Part shown: positions 10,555 to 19,375 of the stretch, piece after piece
Numbering within the stretch: position 1 is the first letter of the stretch
Layout of the letters: every line of letters starts with the position of its first letter
Assembly: GCF_004010195.1 (NCBI RefSeq)
Contig: NC_057720.1
Span: 5,540,871-5,573,580 of the forward strand
Direction of reading: 5' to 3'
DNA length: 32,710 nucleotides
Origin: Chiloscyllium plagiosum
Lineage: Eukaryota
Notes under the pieces: model-generated
Databases searched by the model: none
Told to the model about the DNA's origin: nothing
What the model saw: the letters and a program-made list of their open reading frames with translations, nothing else
Made by a program: the position numbers and the translations under genes

Positions 10555-10747
10555 AAAGTTTGTGAGAAGATTTGTAGCTCGGGTGCTCGTTGTTGGGGTT
10601 CTGTTCACCGAGCTGGAAATTTTTGTTGCAAACGTTTCGTCCCCTGTCTAGGTGACATCCTCAGTGCTTGGGAGCCTCCTGTGAAGCGCTTCTGTGGTGT
10701 TTCCTCCGGCATTTATAGTGGCCTGTCCCTGCCGCTTCCGGTTGTCA
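10555..10747 (-). mobile_element. Penelope-like element terminal (pseudo-LTR) fragment, second family
   Basis: CpG-retaining segment containing a complete minimal hammerhead motif, with a TATAAAT on the minus strand upstream (~10711-10717). Confidence 0.7.
10628..10667 (-). ncRNA. Minimal type-I hammerhead ribozyme (PLE-associated), core intact
   Basis: Minus strand reads GCA-CTGAGGA-T-GTC.A.CCT-AGAC-AGG.G.GAC-GAAAC-GTT-TGC: conserved CUGANGA and GAAA core, stem I GCA/TGC, stem II, palindromic AACGTT stem III. Confidence 0.8.
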
Positions 10748-11052
10748 TTCCGGATTGTCTGTAAATCATTGCAAACTGCTGTGAGATCTCATGCCATTGC
10801 CTCAACGCTGTTTTTTTAATAAACTTGTTGAGTAATTTATGGCTTAATCTACCACAGGGATGATTCTTTGTTCTGCTGCTGTAGGAATCCGGGAAAATCA
10901 TGAAGGAATTTGTAATCTATCCTGTAAACCTGATACAGTATTAAGTGTTTCTAGTCAGAAGGAGACCTGCCATATGTGGAGACACTGGAAAAGCTGCAAT
11001 TGTTTCCTTTAAAGTAGAGAAGGTTAAGGGAGGGTTCAATAGAAATAGGAGC

Positions 11053-11660
11053 ATAGACTCAGAGCACAGAAACAGACTCTTCGGTCCAACTCTGCACTGA
11101 CTGATAATCCCAATCTGACCTGATCCCATTTGCCAGCACTTCACCCATATCCCTTTAAACCCTCCCTATTCATGTATCCATCCAGATGCTTTTTAAATGT
11201 TGTAATTGTACCAGCCTCCACCACTTCTCCTGGCAGCTCGTTCCGTACATGCACCACCCTCTGTGTGAAAAGGTTACCCCTCAGATCCTTTTTAAATCTT
11301 AGCGCCCTCGCCTTTAACCTATCCCCTCTAGTTCTGGACTCTCCCACCCCAGGGAAAAGACCTTGCCTATTTACCCTATCCAAGTCACTCATGATTTTAG
11401 AAACTTCTATATCACCACCCATCGGTCCCTGACGTTCCAGGGAAGAAAATTCCATCCTATTCAGCCTCTCCCTATAACTTAAAACCTCCAGTTCCAGCAA
11501 CATGCTTGTAAATTATTTCTGCATGCTCTCAAGTTTAATAACATTCTTCCTATAGAAGGGCGACCAGAGTTGTGTGCAGTATTCCAAAAGTGGCCTCACC
11601 AATGTTCTGTACAGGTGCAACATGACCTCACAACTCCAATACTCAATGTTGTGACCAATA
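11053..11660 (-). mobile_element. CR1 LINE 3' region, interrupted by a PLE (resumes briefly at 14158-14176)
   Basis: ORF 11141..11503 contains ESRTRGDRLK...NLFTQRVVHVRNELP, followed by the UTR. Confidence 0.9.
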
Positions 11661-11757
11661 AGGCAAAGGTGAGGACTGCAGATGCTGGAGATCAGAGTCT
11701 AGATCAGAGTGGTGCTGGAAAAGCACAGGAGGTCAGGCAGCATCCGAGGAGCAGGAA

Positions 11758-11787
11758 AATCAACGTTTCAGGCCCTTCATCAGGACT
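11758..11787 (-). ncRNA. Minimal hammerhead ribozyme motif with a shortened stem II
   Basis: Minus strand AGTC-CTGATGA-AGGGCCT-GAAAC-GTT^GATT; predicted cleavage between 11762 and 11761. Confidence 0.7.
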
Positions 11788-11899
11788 GAAGGCAGGGAAC
11801 GTCAAGGGTGGAGAGGTAAATAGGAGGGGTGTAGGGGTGGGGAGAAGGTAGCAAAGAGTACAATAGGTGAATGGGAGTGGGGATGGAGGTGATAGGTCA

Positions 11900-12533
11900 N
11901 NNNNNNNNNNNNNNNNNNNNNNNNNNNNNNNNNNNNNNNNNNNNNNNNNNNNNNNNNNNNNNNNNNNNNNNNNNNNNNNNNNNNNNNNNNNNNNNNNNNN
12001 NNNNNNNNNNNNNNNNNNNNNNNNNNNNNNNNNNNNNNNNNNNNNNNNNNNNNNNNNNNNNNNNNNNNNNNNNNNNNNNNNNNNNNNNNNNNNNNNNNNN
12101 NNNNNNNNNNNNNNNNNNNNNNNNNNNNNNNNNNNNNNNNNNNNNNNNNNNNNNNNNNNNNNNNNNNNNNNNNNNNNNNNNNNNNNNNNNNNNNNNNNNN
12201 NNNNNNNNNNNNNNNNNNNNNNNNNNNNNNNNNNNNNNNNNNNNNNNNNNNNNNNNNNNNNNNNNNNNNNNNNNNNNNNNNNNNNNNNNNNNNNNNNNNN
12301 NNNNNNNNNNNNNNNNNNNNNNNNNNNNNNNNNNNNNNNNNNNNNNNNNNNNNNNNNNNNNNNNNNNNNNNNNNNNNNNNNNNNNNNNNNNNNNNNNNNN
12401 NNNNNNNNNNNNNNNNNNNNNNNNNNNNNNNNNNNNNNNNNNNNNNNNNNNNNNNNNNNNNNNNNNNNNNNNNNNNNNNNNNNNNNNNNNNNNNNNNNNN
12501 NNNNNNNNNNNNNNNNNNNNNNNNNNNNNNNNN
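11900..12533. other. Assembly gap
   Basis: Run of N. Confidence 1.
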
Positions 12534-14199
12534 TGGAGGTGGCAGAAATGTTGGCGGATGATTTGGTTTATGCGAAGATTGGTAGGGTGGAAGGTGAGCA
12601 CCAGGGGCATTCTGTCCTTGTTACGGTTGGAGGGGTGGGGTCTGAGGGCAGAAGTGCGGGATGTGTTGGAGGGCATCTTCAACCACTTGGGAGGGGAAAT
12701 TGCGGTCTCAAAGAAGGAGGCCATCTGGTGTGTTGTGTGGTGGAACTGCTCCTCCTGGGAGCAGATACGACGGAGGCGGAGGAATTGGGAATACAGGGTG
12801 GCATTTTTGCAGGAGGTAGTGTGGGGAGAGGTGTAATCCAGGTAGCTGTGGGAGTCAGTGGGTTTGTAAAAAATGTCAGTGTCAAGTTGGTTGTCATTGA
12901 TGGAGATGGAAAGATCCAGGAAGAGGAGGGAGGTGTCAGAGATGGCCCAGGTGAATTTAAGGTCAGGGTGGAATGTGTTGATGAAGTTGGTGAACTGCTC
13001 AACCTCCTCGCGGGAGCACGAGGTGGCACCAATGCAGTCATCAATGTAGCGGAGGAAGAGGTGGGGAGTGGTGCCGGTGTAATTACGGAAGATGAACTGC
13101 TCTACGTAGCCAACAAAGAGACAGGCACAGCTGGGGCCAATACGGGTGCCCATGGCTACGCCTTTTTTCTGGAGTAAGTGGGAGGATTCGAAGGAGAAAT
13201 TGTTAAGGGTGAGGACTAGTTCAGCCAAACGAATGAGAGTGTCAGTGGAAAGGTACTGTTAGGGACATCGGGAGAGGAAGAAACAAGGGCTTGGAGGCCC
13301 TGGTCATGGTGGATGGAGGTGTAGAGGGACTGGACGTTCATGGTGAAGATGAGGCGTTGGAGGCCGGGGAAACGGAAGTCTTGGAGGAGGTGGAGGGCGT
13401 GGGTGGTGTCTCGAACATATGTGGTGAGGTCTTGGACTAGGGGGGATAGGACAGTGTCGAGGTAGGTAGAGATGAGTTCAGTGGGGCAGGAGCATGCTGA
13501 GACAATGGGTCGGCCAGGGTGGTCAGGCTTGTGGATCTTGGGAAGGAGGTAGAACCGGGCAGTGCGGGGTTCCCGGACTATGAGGTTGGAAGCTGTGGAT
13601 GGGAGATCTCCTGAGGTGATGAGGTTCTGGCTTCAGCGGTGTAGAGGTCAGTGCGCCAAACTGCTACCGCCCCCTTTATTCGCTGGCTTGATGGTGAGGT
13701 CGGCATTGGAGCAGAGGGAGTGGAGGGCTGTGTGTTGTGAGGGTGAGAGGTTCGAGTAGGGGAGGGGGGGTAGACAGTTGGAGGCGGTTAATATCCCGGC
13801 GGCAGTTGGAAATGAAGAGGTCGAGGGCGGGTAATAGGCCAGCGCGGGATGTCCAAGTGGATGGAGTGGGTTGGAGGTGGGCGAAGGGGTCCTCGGAAGG
13901 TGGGCCCGAGTCCTAATCGTAAAAGTAAGCTCCGAGGCGGGGGCGGCGGAAGAAGTATTCGATGTCACAACGTGTATTAAATTTATTGATGCGTGGGCAG
14001 AGGGGGACGAAGGTGAGGCCTTTGCTGAGGACTGATCACTTGTCCTCAGTGTGGGGGAGGTCTGGGAGGATGGTGAAAACTTGGCAGGGTTGGGAGCTAG
14101 GACCTGGGGGTTAGGTGTGGAGCTGGGAGTGGGGGCGCAGCCTGTAACTGGAGTGGGGGCAAGCATGCCAAATGTTTTGTTTGTAACATGTTGAAACCT

Positions 14200-14360
14200 A
14201 GAATCATATAATTATAGAATATACAATACAGAAGGAGGCCTTTCAACTCATCGTGTCTGGACTTGCTCCAGAAAGAGCTACCCAGCCAGTCCCATTCTCC
14301 AGCCCTATCTCCATAGCCCTCTAAATTCATCACTTTCTAATATGCATCCAGCTCTGTTTA
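14200..14360 (-). mobile_element. CR1 LINE 3' tail
   Basis: CAGAAGGAGGCCTTTCAACTCATCGTG...CCCTATCTCCATAGCCCTC reverse-oriented UTR. Confidence 0.75.
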
Positions 14361-14365
14361 GAAGA

Positions 14366-14580
14366 GAAGGTTGCCCATGGTAGCGTGATGGAGAAAGTGA
14401 AGTTGCATGTGGTACAGGTTGTACTAGGGAGATGGATAGAGAACTGGCTGGGCAACAGGAGACAGAGAGTAATAGTGGAAGAGAGTTTCTCAAAATGGAG
14501 ACCAGTGACCAGTGGTGTTCCATAGGGATCCGTGATGGGACCACTGTTGTTTGTGATATACACAAATGTTTGGAAGAATT
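14366..14580 (+). mobile_element. CR1 RT-domain fragment
   Basis: WIENWLGNRRQRV...[16 protein letters not shown], highly similar to the reverse complement of 25250-25465. Confidence 0.85.
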
Positions 14581-14589
14581 TATATCCAT

Positions 14590-15057
14590 TCAAGAACAAA
14601 GAACAAAGGACAAAAAAAATTCACAGCACAGGAACAGGCCCTTCGGCCCTCCAAGCCTGTGCCAATCCAGACCCTCTATCCAAACCTGTCGCCTATTTTC
14701 TAAGGATCCCTCTGCTCCCTGCCCATTCATGTATCTGTCTAAATACATCTTAAATGATGCTATCATCCCCACCTTTACCACCTCGATTGGCAATGCATTC
14801 CAGGCACCCACCACCCTCTGCATAAAGAACCTTCCACGTTTAGCTCCCTTAAACATTTTCCCTTTCACCTTGAACTTGTGATTTTGTAGACCTCAATCAG
14901 GTCCTCCCTCAACCTTCATCTTTCTAATGAAACTAATTATAATCTGCTCAACTGTCTTCATAGCTAGCACCCTCCATACAAGGCAACATCCTGGTGAACC
15001 TCCTCTGCACCTTCTCCAAAGCATCCACATCCTTTTGGTAATGTGGCGACCAGAATC
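14590..15057 (-). mobile_element. CR1 LINE 3' region with an internal 68-bp deletion
   Basis: ORF 14590..14868 contains FFMQRVVGAWNALP; close paralogue of 24335-24860. Confidence 0.9.
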
Positions 15058-15727
15058 TGCAAAATGTACATCCCTAAAATTTCATTAGACAAGCATTTAT
15101 GATTGAAGGGGCAAGGAGGTGGCGGTGAGGTTGGGGGTTGAGATGGGGGGGGACGTGGTGAATGGTTGAGGTGGGAACGAGTGTTGGGACATTATTTTGA
15201 ATTTTACCTACCTCTGCACATTCAGCACTGACCAAAGATGCTTCTAGTTGGTAGAAGGTGAAAGATGGTTCAGGAGTGTTCTGGTGAGTGAGTTGGTGCG
15301 GCTGCTTTTCTTCGGCTCAGACTTTGCAGGAATGCTGGTGGAATTGGCAATGTTCACCACCATCGTTACTTGTGTCCAAGTGACAGTAACTCGGGGATTC
15401 TGCACAGGAGACAGGGTAACATGGGCTTTCACAAGTTTCTATCAGTGATTTGATATTGCTGTAAAATGAGCACCGTCGAGGCATCCCCAGTTCTTACAAT
15501 GAGACTCTCATTTTTACACAGTTAGTCTCACTGTAAAAATCTTTTTAAAATGTGATAAAATGATAAATTATAAATTAACATTAACATTACCACCTCAGCA
15601 ATCTAAAACTAATTTGATTTTTGTGAAGCAACAAATTTCTCTGGTATGATTTTTAAAAAATCACATTTTTCAGCATAACATTTTAAAACTTTTTAATGTT
15701 GTTTTAGCTTCGATCTCAATTTAATTA

Positions 15728-16060
15728 GAGCAGTGTGGTGGCTCAGTGGTTAGTACTGCTGTCTTACAGTGGTAGGGGCCTGGGCTCAATTCCAGCCTTG
15801 GGTGACTGTCTGTGTGGAGTTTGCACATTCTCCCTATTTCTGGGTGCTCTGGTTTCCTCCCATAGACCATAGTGTGCAGGTTAGGTGGATTAGCCATGCT
15901 CAATTACCCATAGTGTGCAGGTTAGATGGATTGACTGTGCTAATTTGTCCATAGTATGTAGGTTAGGTGGATTAGCCATGGGAAGTCTAGGGTGCGGTGG
16001 GAGGGTCAGTGTGAACTTGTTGGGCTGAATAGTCTGCTTCTACACTGTAGGATTTATATC
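15728..16060 (+). mobile_element. HE1-type SINE with three 41-bp internal units
   Basis: A box GGTGGCTCAGTGGTTAG; units start with CCATAG at 15867, 15908 and 15949; CR1-like tail. Confidence 0.88.
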
Positions 16061-16132
16061 ATTGATTTTGTTCTCTGAAAAAGGATGTGAAAATTCAAAG
16101 GGATAAACTTTGAATTTGCTTTGCAGATAAGC

Positions 16133-16298
16133 TTTGTCGATGCTGTAAATCAGAAACAAACAGAGATTGCTGGAAAAGCTCAGCAGGTCTGGCAGCATCT
16201 GTGGAGAGAAATCTGAGTTAACATTTCAGGTCCAGTGACCCTTCCTCTTCACAGATGCTGCCAGACCTGCTGAGCTTTTCCAGCAACCTCTGTTTTTG
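16133..16298 (-). mobile_element. Short PLE terminal insertion with inverted duplication (hairpin)
   Basis: Arms 16158-16208 and 16245-16295 are near-perfect inverted repeats; the loop holds a partial hammerhead (minus: GAGGAAGGGTCACTGGACCTGAAATGTTA). Confidence 0.82.
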
Positions 16299-17268
16299 CT
16301 TTTCCTTCTGCCGTGCTGTCAGCGGGAATGCTTAAGTGTGATTGGCTGCTTTCCCTGTGCGATGGTGTCATGGCCGCTGGAGGTTCCCTTGACTTATTGC
16401 AAGATGAGAACAGCTGAGATGGCTTGGCGCTTTGTGTGCATCTTTCTTTGAGTGACACTGTTGTGGAGATAACTTGCTGCCTGAACCGTCCTTGTTTGCT
16501 TCCAGTTGAAATGTGGCATTATGGAGGGGGGGGGGGAATGGAAAGGCGGTTTCAGAATGCTGTCAATCGCTGTTTACTTGCTGCGTTCGCTGAGGCTGTC
16601 TCAGAGGTCCTTGTGACAGAATGTGATGTATGATCACAATTTAGGGACAGCATGGGCAGGGCGCTCACTCCTTCAGCAGTGGTTGTGGATTGATGAACAA
16701 ACGGCCTGTCCGCTGTGGCTGGAATTGAGGTCTTTTGTCTGCAGCGAGTGGAGATGTTGTCATACAAAGCTGATCAGTGTCCTTCCTCCTTCCAGCAGAC
16801 TCTGAGCAGCGTTCAGACCTCCGTCTGCTGCAATGGACTGACTGAAAAGAAACATATATCACCCACGTGGATCCCCTACCCACCATCCTGACAGCCAGGA
16901 GTGAGTTTCCAGCCTCTGTCGCTACATCCTGCCAACTGAACGATGCCTTCATTCCCGATTGATGGAGGTAAGCGGAAAGGTCACACCATTTATTTTAAGA
17001 GGCATTTTTGTCAGATACCAAGCAGCCCCACAGCACTGAGCTCTGCACATACAGAGTCCCTCCTTTTAGCTCAGAGGGGGCCTATTTTAGCAATGGAGTG
17101 TTTATTGAACTATTCAGTGCCCTGTACATTGTTGTGCTCCTTAAGGTTGAGTCTGTCTGACCATTTATAAGAATACCCACTGCTATTACCTCCTGAAAGA
17201 CAATTAGAGATGGACATTAAACAGTAGCCTGCGACAGTGCTCATAGGCCACAACTGAATACAATTTAA

Positions 17269-17615
17269 GGGATGGCTCACTGGCTAGCACTGTGGCCTCA
17301 CAGCGTCAGGGACATGGGTTCGACTCCAACCTCGGGTGACTGTCTGTGTACAGTTTGCATGTTCTCCCTGTGTCTGTGTGGACTTCCTCCCGGGTGCTCC
17401 GCTCTCCTACCACATTCCAAAGATGTGCAGGTTGGGATGGATTGACCATGGGAAATTGTCTATAGTGTTCAAGGAATCTGCAGGCTAGGGGGCTTAGCTA
17501 CGGGAAACGCAGGGTTATAGGGTAGGGAGTTGGGTCTGGGTGGGATACTCTTCGCAGGGTTTGCTTGAACTGGAAGGGCTGAATGGCCAGTTCCATGCAA
17601 TTGGGATTCTATGAT
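17269..17615 (+). mobile_element. HE1-type tRNA-derived SINE
   Basis: TGGCTCACTGGCTAGC A box, GGTTCGACTCC B box, GGATTCTATGA tail. Confidence 0.88.
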
Positions 17616-18099
17616 ACCACCACGTCTGATATCCCTCGGTTAAAAATCTGTCCATCACAGATATAGCTGCCTTCAAAGATGGTGCACACACAGACCTCTT
17701 CGGCAGAGAATTCTGAACATTCACAATAAATTTCTCAGCCTCAACGTCAGGCCAAAAGAATTGGCCTCTTTTTGCTGCGACAATTCCCCAGTTCCCAGGC
17801 TCCAGTGAATCTTAAGGAAATCAAAAGGACAATTTACTGACAGGACCAGTAATGTCATATTCACTGGCAGACGTGAGATTGTTTGGAAAAGCCATTCACT
17901 GCCCCCGACCCCTCCTCTCTCATAGTGGACCAGAAGATAGAGTGGAGCAATACCACCACCTGCTGGCTGCAAACCATATTAGCACAGGGTGGCTGGCGTG
18001 TGGGGAAGGAGCTTGGTTGGGTTAGGGATTGAGCGTATGCAAGATCCTTCTTGTTGTGTGCTGTTTATGCAAGTGCTTGTTGCACATCAATGAAATCGG

Positions 18100-18405
18100 A
18101 GCATGACCACAGAATTGTTACGGCCCTGAAGGAAGCCATTCAGCCTATCGGTGTCTTCTATCCCCTGGTGCCAATATCCTGTCTTTTCCTCATCTCCTCA
18201 CACACCATTTCTATCCAAATCACCATCCAATGCGCTCTTGGATGCTTGAGCCTCCCTCACATTTCCAAGCAGGGCATTCCATAAGAAGGAGAGAGCCATT
18301 CAGCCCCTCAAATCTGCTGCACCATTCAATAAGTTCCTGGCTGATCTCATTGCATTTTCAATTCTGCATTCACATCCTGTGCAGATAAGACTTGATTCCC
18401 CTGTC
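18100..18405 (-). mobile_element. Two adjacent degenerate CR1 3' tails
   Basis: GAAGGAAGCCATTCAGCC (~18128) and GAGCCATTCAGCCCCTC...GGCTGATCTC (~18293). Confidence 0.65.
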
Positions 18406-18549
18406 GGTCAGACCATGAGGTATTGGATCAGAATTAGGCCATTTAGCCCATCAGATCTGTTCCATCATTCAATCATGCTGATATCTTTCTCAACCCCATT
18501 CTCCTGCCTTCTCCCCTTATCTCTTGATTCTCTTACTGATCAGAAACCT

Positions 18550-18741
18550 GATTCTGGATTAGTGGTGCTGGAAGAGCATAGCAGTTCAGGCAGCATCCAA
18601 GGAACATGACACGCAAATTCGTGAAGTGTTCCATATTTTTGATTTCGCTGCTCCTCGGATGCTGCCTGAACTGCTGTGCTCTTCCAGCACCACTAATCCA
18701 GAATCTGGTTTCCAGCATCTGCAGTCATTGTTTTTACCTAC
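18550..18741 (+). mobile_element. Short PLE terminal insertion with 5' inverted arm and captured U6 fragment; 14-bp TSD
   Basis: TSD CTGATCAG(A/G)AACCT at 18536-18549 and 18742-18755; inverted arm 18550-18605 versus 18650-18705; 3' end CCAGCATCTGCAGTCATTGTTTTTACCTA. Confidence 0.88.
18606..18640 (+). pseudogene. RNU6: U6 snRNA 3'-terminal fragment (retrocopy, chimeric with PLE)
   Basis: ATGACACGCAAATTCGTGAAGTGTTCCATATTTTT matches the vertebrate U6 3' end ATGACACGCAAATTCGTGAAGCGTTCCATATTTTT at 34/35 nt; the single change is CpG to TpG. Confidence 0.95.
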
Positions 18742-18936
18742 CTGATCAGGAACCTATCTATCTCTGTCTTAAATACACTCAATGATTTGGCCTCCACAGT
18801 CCTCTGTGGCAATGAGTTTCACAGATTCACCACCTTCTGGGTGAAGACATTCCTTTTCATCTTAGTACTGAAGGGTCATCCCTTTACTCTGAGGCTCTGC
18901 CTTCGGGTCCTAGTCTCTCCTACTAGGGGAACATCT

Positions 18937-19335
18937 CAGAGAGTCATAGAGTCCTACAGCATGGAGACAAACCCAGTCCATCCCAACCAAAATGTCCATC
19001 CATTTCCCTGCACCTGGCCCATATCCTTCTAAACTTTTCCTATCCATGTTTTTGTCCAAACGCCTTTGAAATGTTGTTAATGTCCCCACCTCAACCACTT
19101 TCACTGGCAGCTCATTCCATATGCGTACCACCCTCTGTGTAAAAGGTTTCCCCTCAGGTTTCCTTTTATTCTTTCCCCTCTAACCCTAAACTGATGCCCT
19201 CTAGTCCTTGATTCCCCGACCCTGGGAAAAAGACTGAGTGCAGTCACCCTCTCCATGTCTCTTATGATCTTATACACTTCTATAAGATCCTCCCTCAGTC
19301 TCCAATGCTCTAAAGAAAATGTCCTATCAAATTGT
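18937..19335 (-). mobile_element. CR1 LINE 3' region
   Basis: ORFs 19101..19343 and 18910..19131 (RLREDLIEVYKI, ESRTRGH, WNELP); GAGTCATAGAGTC tail. Confidence 0.9.
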
Positions 19336-19375
19336 GCATCCAATTTGCCAGCTCCCTCTGGATTCAGTGTAAATT

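Larger units (their letters stand above)
11661..14157 (-). mobile_element. Penelope-like retroelement (Neptune-like), frameshifted RT ORF, 5'-truncated; the GIY-YIG region is probably in the gap
   Basis: Motifs DLTIKPANKGG, GVAMGTRIGP, RYIDD, FLDL, FYKPTDSHSYL and SQFLRLRRICS in ORFs 13648..14166 and 11897..13228; terminal segment 11661-11790 carries a hammerhead motif. Confidence 0.9.
18408..18935 (-). mobile_element. CR1 3' end interrupted by a PLE/U6 insertion
   Basis: GGCCATTTAGCCCATC...CCCCATTCTCCTGCC, resuming after 18742; parallels 30655-30890. Confidence 0.85.

Noticed and set aside
11867..13177. Long plus-strand ORFs (436 aa, 321 aa)
   Set aside because: Inflated by the N gap and antisense to the PLE RT frame
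14200..14580. Twin-primed CR1 (minus tail plus inverted RT piece)
   Set aside because: The geometry fits, but about 0.8 kb of element would be missing, no TSD is seen, and the subfamily match is unclear
15108..15190. G-quadruplex-like G-rich tract
   Set aside because: Irregular low-complexity G runs with no evidence of function
15867..15985. CRISPR-like array
   Set aside because: Eukaryotic SINE-internal tandem repeat without unique spacers or cas genes
18606..18640. Functional U6 gene
   Set aside because: Only the 3' third is present, with no PSE/TATA, embedded in a retro-insertion
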